Source: a virus (Duplodnaviria > Heunggongvirae > Uroviricota > Caudoviricetes). From it: 42,848 nt of DNA. A program made the position numbers and the translations under genes. The notes beneath the pieces were generated by a model, which ran no database searches, was not told where the DNA came from, and saw only the letters and a list, made by a program, of their open reading frames with translations. Location: IMG/VR virus record IMGVR_UViG_2563366985_000002, positions 1 to 42,848 of that record. One strand, written 5' to 3'. Position 1 is the first letter of the stretch. The number at the start of each line of letters is the position of its first letter. Positions 19,514 through 29,199 of this stretch are shown piece by piece.

Positions 19514-19541
19514 ACCCGCCATTGAGCGGGTTTTGTTGTTT
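19514..19541 (+). terminator. Intrinsic terminator (tR'-like) downstream of Q-like gene
   Basis: ACCCGC-cattga-GCGGGT hairpin followed by TTTGTTGTTT. Confidence 0.45.
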
Positions 19542-19762
19542 CTGGGGGGCATTTCGTTAAATGAAGCTGTGTTGTGCGCAATTAGCTAATAACACGAATC
19601 GTGAATGTATATAATGCGCTTGTTCCTTCGATGGTGTATTCGAATAACGGATTACTGAATACAGCTATCCCATTAAGGGAACACCGCCATCTGCTCATCG
19701 GGAAGAGCCGACCATCATTTAAGTGGTAGGTGTGAGGTTCGATACCTCGGTGGCGGTTCTGT

Positions 19763-19838
<76 letters not shown>

Positions 19839-19841
19839 TAT

Positions 19842-19916
<75 letters not shown>

Positions 19917-20191
19917 GCATTTGAAATAAGCCTTATTGTATTGCAGCACTGGCGTATTTTTATTACGTGGGAGCAGGTTGTTTCGAAAAAGCATTCTGTT
20001 CTCTGGCTATGATTTGAGGCCAGGTGTAGCCTCAGTGCTGATTTTTTTACGGCAGCAGAATGGTGCATTATCGGTGGAGATTTTGTATTTCCTTGCAGGG
20101 CCGGTGATGTGCCATCCCGATGTTGTAAACATCGCTAAAAATGACATTGAGATTAATCATATACTAAGCAAAACCTGGAAATACATCCTTT

Positions 20192-20218
20192 ACCGCCTCC
20201 ACCGGGCGGTTTTTTTTA
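20192..20218 (+). terminator. Intrinsic terminator
   Basis: ACCGCC-tccaccg-GGCGGT hairpin followed by a T8 run. Confidence 0.5.
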
Positions 20219-20603
20219 TTCTGAACCCTAAAAAAAGAAACACGGACACTGATAATGCCCGTGTGGCAATGCCATGTAAGTTAGCGATGAATATGGCGCA
20301 AAAAAAAGCGCGGCCGTCGGATTAACGCCGCGGGACAAAGTCCATGAAGACTCATAAGTATTGGCCCCCTTCTGGGGACATGTTCATACTACTAAGCTTC
20401 AGAAGTGGTTTAAATCATCAAATTAACCTTAATTTTCGATAAGTCTTATTTCATTTCTTTGCGCCACATCTGGCGCGCATCAAATAACGCCACGCAAAGG
20501 GCATCTGCGGATGCCGGTGCTTTTGACGGGGTGTTTTTTACGGGCCGCTGGTGGCCATTTTTTGTTTCCATTACACAGCGCCCGCATCTGCGAGGTGGGG
20601 GTT

Positions 20604-20819
20604 ATGAAATCCATGGATAAGTTAACAACGGGTGTCGCCTATGGCACCTCCGCAGGCAGTGCTGGCTACTGGTTTTTACAGTTGCTCGATAGAGTAACTC
20701 CGTCACAGTGGGCTGCAATCGGTGTGCTGGGCAGTCTGGTTTTTGGCCTGCTGACGTACCTGACAAACCTTTATTTCAAGATTAAAGAAGATAAGCGCAA
20801 GGCTGCGAGAGGTGAATAA
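20604..20819 (+). CDS. Holin (dual-start MKSM motif)
   Basis: 71-aa product [28 protein letters not shown]... with hydrophobic segments and charged C-terminus; GAGGTGGGGG Shine-Dalgarno; precedes the endolysin. Confidence 0.8.
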   Translation: MKSMDKLTTGVAYGTSAGSAGYWFLQLLDRVTPSQWAAIGVLGSLVFGLLTYLTNLYFKIKEDKRKAARGE

Positions 20820-21316
20820 TGCCTCCATCATTACGAAAAGCCGTTGCTGCTGCTATTGGTGGCGGAGCAATTGCTATAGCATCGGTGTTAATCACTGGCC
20901 CAAGTGGTAACGATGGTCTGGAAGGTGTCAGCTACATACCATACAAAGATATTGTTGGTGTATGGACTGTATGTCACGGGCATACAGGAAAAGACATCAT
21001 GCTCGGTAAAACGTATACCAAAGCAGAATGCAAAGCACTCTTGAATAAAGACCTTGCCACTGTCGCCAGACAAATTAACCCGTACATCAAAGTCGATATA
21101 CCGGAAACAACGCGCGGCGCTCTTTACTCATTCGTTTACAACGTGGGTGCTGGCAATTTCAGAACATCGACGCTTCTTCGCAAAATAAACCAGGGCGATA
21201 TCAAAGGCGCATGTGATCAGCTACGTCGCTGGACATATGCTGGCGGTAAGCAATGGAAAGGTCTCATGACTCGTCGTGAGATTGAGCGTGAAATCTGTTT
21301 GTGGGGTCAGCAATGA
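20819..21316 (+). CDS. SAR endolysin (phage lysozyme, RrrD-like)
   Basis: 165 aa; N-terminal Gly/Ala-rich signal-anchor-release segment ([20 protein letters not shown]); recognised as lambdoid prophage lysozyme. Confidence 0.85.
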   Translation: MPPSLRKAVAAAIGGGAIAIASVLITGPSGNDGLEGVSYIPYKDIVGVWTVCHGHTGKDIMLGKTYTKAECKALLNKDLATVARQINPYIKVDIPETTRGALYSFVYNVGAGNFRTSTLLRKINQGDIKGACDQLRRWTYAGGKQWKGLMTRREIEREICLWGQQ

Positions 21317-21777
21317 ACAGAGTAACCGCGATTATCTCCGCTCTGGTTATCTGCATCATCGTCTGCCTGTCATGGGCTGTTAATCATTACCGTGATAACG
21401 CCATTACCTACAAAGCCCAGCGCGACAAAAATGCCAGAGAACTGAAGCTGGCGAACGCGGCAATTACTGACATGCAGATGCGTCAGCGTGATGTTGCTGC
21501 GCTCGATGCAAAATACACGAAGGAGTTAGCTGATGCGAAAGCTGAAAATGATGCTCTGCGTGATGATGTTGCCGCTGGTCGTCGTCGGTTGCACATCAAA
21601 GCAGTCTGTCAGTCAGTGCGTGAAGCCACCACCGCCTCCGGCGTGGATAATGCAGCCTCCCCCCGACTGGCAGACACCGCTGAACGGGATTATTTCACCC
21701 TCCGGGAACGACTGGTAATGATGCAGGCCCAACTTGAAGGTGCTCAGCAATACATAACCGAACAGTGTTTAAAGTAA
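21313..21777 (+). CDS. Rz i-spanin
   Basis: N-terminal TM segment then coiled-coil-like periplasmic domain; ATGA overlap with endolysin stop; contains the embedded Rz1 frame. Confidence 0.8.
   Translation: MNRVTAIISALVICIIVCLSWAVNHYRDNAITYKAQRDKNARELKLANAAITDMQMRQRDVAALDAKYTKELADAKAENDALRDDVAAGRRRLHIKAVCQSVREATTASGVDNAASPRLADTAERDYFTLRERLVMMQAQLEGAQQYITEQCLK
21533..21718 (+). CDS. Rz1 o-spanin lipoprotein (embedded in the +1 frame of Rz)
   Basis: 61 aa; signal peptide with lipobox LVVVGC and proline-rich mature region ([15 protein letters not shown]). Confidence 0.75.
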   Translation: MRKLKMMLCVMMLPLVVVGCTSKQSVSQCVKPPPPPAWIMQPPPDWQTPLNGIISPSGNDW

Positions 21778-21914
21778 AATCTTAACTACAATATGATTCA
21801 TTTTGATGATTGTTTCATAAGGAACAGTGAAGTAAGATCTAAGAGGAGTTAAATTTTATACAGTATAATCATAATATTGCAGCAAGGTGGTTATAATTGA
21901 AAGAATATTTAGAT

Positions 21915-23372
21915 ATGAATACATCTCATGTAAGAGTTGTTACTCATATGTGTGGGTTCCTGGTTTGGCTCTATAGTCTTTCAATGTTGCCACCAATGGT
22001 TGTAGCATTGTTTTATAAAGAAAAAAGCCTGTTCGTTTTCTTTATAACTTTCGTTATATTTTTTTGCATTGGTGGCGGAGCGTGGTATACAACTAAGAAA
22101 TCTGGCATTCAATTACGTACCCGTGATGGGTTTATTATAATTGTAATGTTTTGGATTTTGTTTTCTGTTATTAGTGCATTCCCTTTATGGATTGACTCAG
22201 AACTTAATTTAACGTTCATTGATGCTCTGTTTGAAGGGGTTTCTGGAATAACAACAACAGGAGCAACTGTAATTGATGATGTTAGTTCATTACCTCGGGC
22301 ATATTTGTACTATCGGTCACAGTTAAATTTTATAGGTGGTTTAGGAGTTATTGTTCTGGCGGTTGCTGTATTGCCATTATTGGGTATTGGTGGTGCAAAG
22401 CTTTATCAGTCAGAAATGCCGGGGCCATTTAAGGATGACAAACTCACTCCCCGCCTGGCCGATACGTCACGGACACTGTGGATAACTTATTCTTTATTAG
22501 GTATTGCTTGTATTGTCTGTTATAGACTTGCAGGAATGCCTTTGTTTGATGCTATTTGTCACGGGATTTCCACAGTTTCGCTTGGTGGTTTCTCAACTCA
22601 TAGCGAGAGTATCGGATATTTTAATAACTATTTGGTTGAGCTGGTGGCTGGTTCTTTTTCCCTGCTATCGGCTTTCAACTTCACTCTTTGGTATATTGTT
22701 ATTAGCAGGAAAACGATAAAACCTTTAATCAGAGATATTGAACTTCGTTTCTTTCTGTTAATAGCCTTAGGGGTGATCATTGTTACCTCTTTCCAGGTCT
22801 GGCATATAGGTATGTATGACTTGCATGGAAGTTTTATTCATTCGTTTTTTCTTGCCAGCTCCATGCTCACTGATAATGGTTTAGCTACGCAGGATTATGC
22901 AAACTGGCCCACGCACACGATAGTGTTTTTGCTGTTGTCAAGTTTCTTTGGGGGATGTATAGGTTCAACTTGTGGTGGAATTAAGTCACTTCGATTTCTT
23001 ATACTTTTCAAACAAAGCAAACACGAGATAAATCAGCTTTCTCATCCCAGAGCGTTGTTGAGTGTAAATGTAGGAGGGAAGATAGTTACAGATCGTGTAA
23101 TGAGGTCTGTATGGAGTTTCTTTTTTCTTTATACTCTCTTCACGGTGTTTTTTATACTGGTGTTAAATGGTATGGGATATGATTTTCTTACATCATTTGC
23201 AACAGTGGCTGCATGTATTAATAATATGGGATTAGGTTTTGGGGCTACTGCATCGTCATTCGGAGTGCTTAATGACATTGCAAAATATTTAATGTGCATA
23301 GCTATGATTCTTGGTCGCCTTGAAATTTATCCTGTTATTATATTGTTTTCAGGTTTTTTTTGGCGCTCCTAA
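21915..23372 (+). CDS. trkG: TrkG potassium uptake protein (TrkH family)
   Basis: 485-aa polytopic membrane protein from MNTSHVRVVTHMCGF...; recognised as Rac TrkG; AT-rich gene. Confidence 0.9.
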   Translation: MNTSHVRVVTHMCGFLVWLYSLSMLPPMVVALFYKEKSLFVFFITFVIFFCIGGGAWYTTKKSGIQLRTRDGFIIIVMFWILFSVISAFPLWIDSELNLTFIDALFEGVSGITTTGATVIDDVSSLPRAYLYYRSQLNFIGGLGVIVLAVAVLPLLGIGGAKLYQSEMPGPFKDDKLTPRLADTSRTLWITYSLLGIACIVCYRLAGMPLFDAICHGISTVSLGGFSTHSESIGYFNNYLVELVAGSFSLLSAFNFTLWYIVISRKTIKPLIRDIELRFFLLIALGVIIVTSFQVWHIGMYDLHGSFIHSFFLASSMLTDNGLATQDYANWPTHTIVFLLLSSFFGGCIGSTCGGIKSLRFLILFKQSKHEINQLSHPRALLSVNVGGKIVTDRVMRSVWSFFFLYTLFTVFFILVLNGMGYDFLTSFATVAACINNMGLGFGATASSFGVLNDIAKYLMCIAMILGRLEIYPVIILFSGFFWRS

Positions 23373-23509
23373 TATATGGCTGATTTATAATTGTGAGTTT
23401 AATATTATATTGACTCACTCATTGATCCAATACCTAACTTTACCAGCAACACCTCCGCCCCCAGTAGCACTGGCTGCTGGGGTGCGTTTTATTCATAAAG
23501 CAAGGCTGT

Positions 23510-24298
23510 ATGAGCGAGAAATTAAAGATAGTCTATCGCCCATTACAAGAATTGTCACCGTATGCGCACAACGCCAGGACGCACAGTACTGAGCAGGTGG
23601 CACAACTGGTAGAAAGTATTAAGCAATTCGGCTGGACTAATCCGGTGCTGATTGACGAAAAGGGCGAAATTATTGCGGGTCACGGTCGTGTTATGGCGGC
23701 TGAAATGCTCAAAATGGATTCTGTTCCGGTCATTGTTCTGTCTGGCCTGACGGATGAGCAGAAAAAGGCGTACCGCCTGGCAGATAATCGCCTACCGATG
23801 AATGCTGGCTGGGATGAAGATCTATTGCGGATGGAGCTGTCGGACCTAATCAATGCTGATTTTGATGTCTCCCTGACAGGCTTCGGCCCGACAGAAATTG
23901 ATGAACTGTTGACGGATGTTTTGCCCGGTACAGGAAATAAGGAGGAGCCGTATACGACGAAAATTGATACGCCTGTTTATGAGCCGTCGGGCGGTAAACC
24001 GGATATCAGTGAACTGTACGACGATACGAAAACTCAGGAGCTGATCAGCCGGATACGTTCGGCGTCCCTTGATCCTGATATTGAGAAATTCCTCCTGTGT
24101 GCGGCAGAACGTCACACGGTGTTTAATTTCAGCAGAATTGCGGACTATTACGCTCATGCCCCCGCTGAAATTCAGTGCCTTTTCGAGGAGTCGGCGCTGG
24201 TGATCATTGATTATCAGCAGGCTATTGAAAATGGATTTGTCCGAATGACGCAGCGCATGGTGGCGATCATGCATAGCGGGGAGGAGGAATATGCGTGA
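23510..24298 (+). CDS. ParB-like nuclease domain protein (YnaK-like, full length)
   Basis: 262 aa; N-terminal ParB/Srx-like segment (NPVLIDEKGEIIAGHGRVMAA); sits just upstream of the packaging genes. Confidence 0.65.
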   Translation: MSEKLKIVYRPLQELSPYAHNARTHSTEQVAQLVESIKQFGWTNPVLIDEKGEIIAGHGRVMAAEMLKMDSVPVIVLSGLTDEQKKAYRLADNRLPMNAGWDEDLLRMELSDLINADFDVSLTGFGPTEIDELLTDVLPGTGNKEEPYTTKIDTPVYEPSGGKPDISELYDDTKTQELISRIRSASLDPDIEKFLLCAAERHTVFNFSRIADYYAHAPAEIQCLFEESALVIIDYQQAIENGFVRMTQRMVAIMHSGEEEYA

Positions 24299-25223
24299 TG
24301 ATTTTTGCGCCTTTATTCTGACTCACGGGCGACCGGACAAAGTTCTGACTTACCGGACGTTGCGTCGTGCTGGCTATACCGGGAAAATTTTTATCGTTGT
24401 TGATGATGAAGATAAGACACGGCATCAGTACATGGCTGAATTTGGTGAACAGGTGCTGGTATTTTCCAAAGCCGATATTGCCAGTCGTTTTGACGAAGCC
24501 GATAATTTTGGTGACCGCCGCTCAATTTTTTACGCCCGTAATGCCTGTTTCGACCTGGCAAAACTGGTCGGGTGTAAATACTTCATTCAGCTCGATGATG
24601 ATTATCACGAGTTCCAGTTTCGGGTGGATCGCAACTATGACCAGGCCTATTTCCCGATAAGGAAACTGGATGCGATCCTTTCTGAAATGCTGGCGTATTA
24701 CGAATCAATACCCGCGCTTTCCATCGCTATGTCGCAGGGCGGGGATTTTCTTGGTGACAATGGCGGCCATGCTTCGTGGGTGAAACGCAAGGCAATGAAC
24801 AGCTTTATCTGTTCGGTTGATCGACCGTTCTCATTCATGGGGCGCATTAACGAGGATGTGAATACGTACACGAATCTCGGTCGCTGTGGTGAATTGTTTA
24901 TGACGATCGGTGCTGTCCAGTTAGGGCAGAAACAGACGCAGAAAAACAGCGGCGGAATGACCGAGCTGTATCTGGATTCCGGAACCTACGTTAAAAGTTT
25001 TTACTCCGTCATGTATGCGCCGTCGTGCGTAAAAATCTCACTGATGGGTGCCAGCCATAAACGCATTCACCATCAGGTCACCTGGAACAACGCTGCAGTA
25101 AAAATCCTTCACGAAAAATACAGGAAGAAGACACCCTGCATATCAATGGGGGTGACAAATGATTCCGTATTCGAAAGTCGAGTCTCTGGCAGCGTGCCGG
25201 ATGACTGCACAACAAATCGCTGA
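24291..25223 (+). CDS. Hypothetical protein (YdaY-like) with DDD acidic motif
   Basis: 310-aa ORF with strong GGAGGAGG Shine-Dalgarno; FIQLDDDYHEF motif reminiscent of a DxD nucleotide-sugar transferase site; 3' end uncertain because it overlaps the next ORF. Confidence 0.5.
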   Translation: MRDDFCAFILTHGRPDKVLTYRTLRRAGYTGKIFIVVDDEDKTRHQYMAEFGEQVLVFSKADIASRFDEADNFGDRRSIFYARNACFDLAKLVGCKYFIQLDDDYHEFQFRVDRNYDQAYFPIRKLDAILSEMLAYYESIPALSIAMSQGGDFLGDNGGHASWVKRKAMNSFICSVDRPFSFMGRINEDVNTYTNLGRCGELFMTIGAVQLGQKQTQKNSGGMTELYLDSGTYVKSFYSVMYAPSCVKISLMGASHKRIHHQVTWNNAAVKILHEKYRKKTPCISMGVTNDSVFESRVSGSVPDDCTTNR

Positions 25224-25410
25224 CGTTCTGGATGTTGATCTGAACCGACTGAAAGAAAATCGGGAAGCAATGACAGATTTTTATGCGGCCATCCGTAAGG
25301 GCAGAGCGAAAGGTGAAGCCGAGTTACGAGCGGCATTGTTTAAGCTTGCCAGAAAAGGGGATGCCTTTGCTCTGCGCGAACTACTCAGGGTGGATAAAAA
25401 TCAGGACTAA
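25159..25410 (+). CDS. Small HTH-like protein upstream of terminase (possible packaging accessory)
   Basis: 83-aa ORF with GGGGGTGA Shine-Dalgarno; overlaps the 3' end of the preceding ORF in another frame. Confidence 0.4.
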   Translation: MIPYSKVESLAACRMTAQQIADVLDVDLNRLKENREAMTDFYAAIRKGRAKGEAELRAALFKLARKGDAFALRELLRVDKNQD

Positions 25411-25413
25411 CTG

Positions 25414-26508
25414 ATGAGCAGACCGGACTGGGGGGCGTTGCAGCAGGAGTATATTGCTGAATACACCCGCTCCGGTATATCTCCGGTGGCATGGTGTGAA
25501 GCAAGGGGACTGAACTACGCAACAGCCCGTCGTTACATCAAAAAAACTCCGAAAAATGCGCAGAAAGAAATGCGCAAAACTGCGCAAAAAAGTGCGCGAA
25601 AAAAAACTGCGCAGACTGCGCAAAGGCAGAACGGAAAATCTCAGAAAAAAAAGGCTGTATCCGATGCACTCCTGATTGAGGGGGACACGGAAGAAATTTC
25701 GTTCTGCCCCGATGAATTCGGTATTTCTGACCAGCAGGCAAAATTCGCCATGTTGGTTGCTCAGGGGAAAAAGCCGACAGAGGCATACCGACTGGCTGGT
25801 TATGAGGGGCAAGGTGCGACAGCTAACAGCAACGCCAGCCGTATGCTTAGAAATGCCAGGGTTTATCGTGCTATCAGCTACTTCCGCAATCAGTACCAGA
25901 AACGCTATACCGCAGACCTGGATTTACTGGTGAGCCAGTTGATGGCCATTGTCCAGGCCGACCCCAATCAGTTGGCACAATTTCGCCGTGTTAACTGCCG
26001 TTATTGCTGGGGCGAGAATCATCTCTACCAGTGGCGTGATATTGCAGAATTCGATAAGGCTGCGGCACAGGCCTCCAGAGATGGTAAACCCGAGCCGGAA
26101 TATGGAGGCCTCGGCTTTGTTGATAACGCCATACCCAATCCGGATTGCCCGAAGTGCTGCGGTGAGGGAACGGGACAGCTTTATATGGCTGATACCACAC
26201 TGCTTGATGGGGATGCGCGGCAATTATATGCAGGGTCAAAGCTCGGAAAATACGGTGTTGAGATCCTGCTGGAGGATAAGGCTGCCGCCCGGCGTGAATT
26301 GTTGCGTTTGCTTTCTGCTGGCGGGGCATTATGTGCAGATAAACGGCTACAGGAACTGGAAATTGAACGGCGCAGAATAGAAAACCAGAAGCTGCGCAAA
26401 GAGATCGAAACGGTGGAGGATAATGAACATCCCCAGCCTGTGGCGATCAATATTAATGTGGTTGATGCCAGATTAAGGAGTGATGAAGATGATCTCTCCG
26501 ACGCTTAA
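25414..26508 (+). CDS. Terminase small subunit (putative)
   Basis: 364-aa ORF immediately upstream of and overlapping the large terminase; basic N-terminal region; contains a cluster of TGCGCA repeats. Confidence 0.55.
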   Translation: MSRPDWGALQQEYIAEYTRSGISPVAWCEARGLNYATARRYIKKTPKNAQKEMRKTAQKSARKKTAQTAQRQNGKSQKKKAVSDALLIEGDTEEISFCPDEFGISDQQAKFAMLVAQGKKPTEAYRLAGYEGQGATANSNASRMLRNARVYRAISYFRNQYQKRYTADLDLLVSQLMAIVQADPNQLAQFRRVNCRYCWGENHLYQWRDIAEFDKAAAQASRDGKPEPEYGGLGFVDNAIPNPDCPKCCGEGTGQLYMADTTLLDGDARQLYAGSKLGKYGVEILLEDKAAARRELLRLLSAGGALCADKRLQELEIERRRIENQKLRKEIETVEDNEHPQPVAININVVDARLRSDEDDLSDA

Positions 26509-27790
26509 TGTGCCTCAGGCGCGATTTCTTTCAATGCCCCATAAATTTAAAGCCTATATTGCTGGTTTTGGCTCGGGCAAAACATGGGTTGGGTGTGGCG
26601 GCATATGCAAGGGGATTTGGGAGCATCCAGGTATAAATCAGGGATATTTTGCGCCAACGTATCCCCAAATTCGCGATATTTTTTACCCTACAGTGGAAGA
26701 AGTTGCTGCTGACTGGGGATTGAACGTAAAAATTAATGAGGGAAATAAAGAGGTTCACTTTTATTACGGACGCCAGTATCGGGGAACCACTATCTGCAGA
26801 TCGATGGAGAAGCCACAAACGATCGTCGGTTTCAAAATTGGTAATGCGCTGGTGGATGAACTGGATATTTTGCCGAAGGAAAAAGCCAGAACGGCGTGGC
26901 GCAAGATAATTGCGCGTATGCGTTATAAGATTGATGGACTTCGCAACGGTATTGACGTTACAACCACGCCGGAAGGATTCAAATTTGTCTACGAGCAGTT
27001 TGTTAAAGCCGTGCGTGAAAAAACAGAGCTGGCCTCACTGTATGGTCTGGTGCAGGCATCTACTTTCGATAATGAAAAGAACCTGCCAGCAGATTACATT
27101 CCTTCACTTCTTGAATCATACCCTCCAGGGTTGATTAAAGCCTATCTTCTAGGACGGTTTACTAACCTGACAAGTGGTACTGTTTACCATCAGTTTGACC
27201 GGAAACTGAATAATTGCGAAGAAGTGGAGCAGCCAGGGGAGCCGATTTATATTGGGATGGATTTTAACGTTGGAAAGATGGCGGGAATCGTCCATGTGCT
27301 GCGTTTGGGGCTTCCATGTGCGGTAACTGAAATCATCAATGCCTACGATACGCCGGATATGATCCGCCTCATTAAAGAACGCTTCTGGCCGTATGACGGG
27401 CATGATTACCGGAAAGTGAGGGAGATTTATATTTATCCAGATGCTTCCGGAGATTCCAGAAAATCAAGTAACGCAAGTACGACGGATATAGCCCAGCTTA
27501 AGCAGGCAGGTTTTAACGTTGTGGTGAACAGCTCGAACCCGCCAGTAAAAGATCGCGTTAACTCAATGAATGCAATGTTCTGCAATGCCAATGGTGAGCG
27601 TCGCTATAAAGTTAATGTGAAGCGTTGTCCGGTATATGCCGAATCTCTGGAGCAACAGGTCTGGGATGATAAGGGGGAGCCTGATAAAAAATCTGGCAAT
27701 GATCACCCGAATGATGCCGGAGGTTATTTCATCGTTAAGCAATTCCCTATTGTCAAACCGACCGGAAGAGTCACATCACTTCGGATTTAA
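26480..27790 (+). CDS. Terminase large subunit
   Basis: 436 aa with Walker A-like GFGSGKT and nuclease-like C-terminal region; precedes portal. Confidence 0.85.
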   Translation: MMKMISPTLNVPQARFLSMPHKFKAYIAGFGSGKTWVGCGGICKGIWEHPGINQGYFAPTYPQIRDIFYPTVEEVAADWGLNVKINEGNKEVHFYYGRQYRGTTICRSMEKPQTIVGFKIGNALVDELDILPKEKARTAWRKIIARMRYKIDGLRNGIDVTTTPEGFKFVYEQFVKAVREKTELASLYGLVQASTFDNEKNLPADYIPSLLESYPPGLIKAYLLGRFTNLTSGTVYHQFDRKLNNCEEVEQPGEPIYIGMDFNVGKMAGIVHVLRLGLPCAVTEIINAYDTPDMIRLIKERFWPYDGHDYRKVREIYIYPDASGDSRKSSNASTTDIAQLKQAGFNVVVNSSNPPVKDRVNSMNAMFCNANGERRYKVNVKRCPVYAESLEQQVWDDKGEPDKKSGNDHPNDAGGYFIVKQFPIVKPTGRVTSLRI

Positions 27791-27792
27791 TT

Positions 27793-29199
27793 ATGGCTGA
27801 TATATCAACACCCAACCTCGACTATAACGATATGCTGGAGGCGTGGGATATTAACGACGCATTGATGGGCGGTACGCTTGAAATGCGCAGGCAGGGGGAA
27901 AATTATCTCCCCAAATGGCCTAATGAAGATGAAGACGCTTATAAAAAACGCCTGTCTGTGGCTACGCTACTTCCTGTGTATGAAGAAAGCATCAAACAAA
28001 ATATTGGGCGCATATTTGCAGAGCCGACAGTATTGAGTGAGGAAACGCCGGAAAAAATCAGGGAATATGCAGAAAATATCGACATGGAGGGGAGCCGACT
28101 GGATGTGTGGGCGCAGCAATTTTTCAGTCTCGCATTTCAGTATGGTGTGGCACATGCGCTGGTGGACTATCCACGAACGGATATGAACGAGATTCGGACA
28201 AAAGCCGATGAAAACGCGGCCGGTGGTCGCCCGTACGTTACGATGCTGAATCCACGCCAGGTTATTGGATGGAAATCGAAAGTTGAAAAAGGGAAAGTTG
28301 TTCTCACTGATTTGCGTATAAAAGAGGTCATCATTATTGATGGTGATGATTTCGGGCAGAAGAAGGTGGAGCAGATCCGCCATATTATGCCCCGTCGAGT
28401 AGAAATTTATCGACGCAGCGAAGGTACTAATGGCGAATCTGTCTGGATGCTTCATGAGTCATGGAATACCAGCCGTGATGATATTCCTCTGGTAACACTG
28501 TATACGAAGAAAACAGGGTTTATGCGTGGTACACCGCCATTGCTTAATCTTGGCTTGCTGAATATCAAGCACTGGCAAAGCCAGAGCGAGCAGGACAATA
28601 TTCTTCATGTTGCCCGCGTTCCATTGCTGGTGGCCTACGGGCTGGACAGGAATGAAGAACTGACGGTTGGTGCATCCACCGCTACGATTTTTGAGGACAG
28701 AACAAAAAATGGCCTCGAATATGTTGAACATAGTGGCGCAGCGATAGAATCTGGCGAAACATCACTTGAGAAGCTGGAAAATCAGATGCGTCATGCCGGC
28801 GCTAAACTTCTGCGGGCTGAAAATACATCCACCAAATCTGTTGATCAGACTAATGAAGAGCGGATGCAGGAACACTCGCCGCTTTATACAATGGCGAACT
28901 CCCTCGAAGATGCCCTCGATAATATTCTCCAGATAATGGCGGAATGGAGCGGAGAGAGTTGCGGTGGCAATGTGGATGTGCGCACTGAACTGGATGTATC
29001 TGCCCAGGTGTTTGACTCATCCTCCGCGCTGGCTGTTCAGTCATTGCGTCAGGGCGGTGATATACGTCAGATTGATGCGGTTCGGGTGTTGCAGGCGTTG
29101 AAATTTATCGATCAGGATTCCCGTCCAGAGGAAGTGATCGATGAATTAAAAAATCAGAGTGTAATGCTGATGGAAATCAATGATGCAAACCGTGAATGA
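27793..29199 (+). CDS. Portal protein
   Basis: 468-aa ORF directly after terminase, typical order and size. Confidence 0.8.
   Translation: MADISTPNLDYNDMLEAWDINDALMGGTLEMRRQGENYLPKWPNEDEDAYKKRLSVATLLPVYEESIKQNIGRIFAEPTVLSEETPEKIREYAENIDMEGSRLDVWAQQFFSLAFQYGVAHALVDYPRTDMNEIRTKADENAAGGRPYVTMLNPRQVIGWKSKVEKGKVVLTDLRIKEVIIIDGDDFGQKKVEQIRHIMPRRVEIYRRSEGTNGESVWMLHESWNTSRDDIPLVTLYTKKTGFMRGTPPLLNLGLLNIKHWQSQSEQDNILHVARVPLLVAYGLDRNEELTVGASTATIFEDRTKNGLEYVEHSGAAIESGETSLEKLENQMRHAGAKLLRAENTSTKSVDQTNEERMQEHSPLYTMANSLEDALDNILQIMAEWSGESCGGNVDVRTELDVSAQVFDSSSALAVQSLRQGGDIRQIDAVRVLQALKFIDQDSRPEEVIDELKNQSVMLMEINDANRE

Noticed and set aside
19936-20325. 129-aa ORF downstream of the tRNAs
   Set aside because: Runs through a strong intrinsic terminator (20192-20218) and has no start signals.
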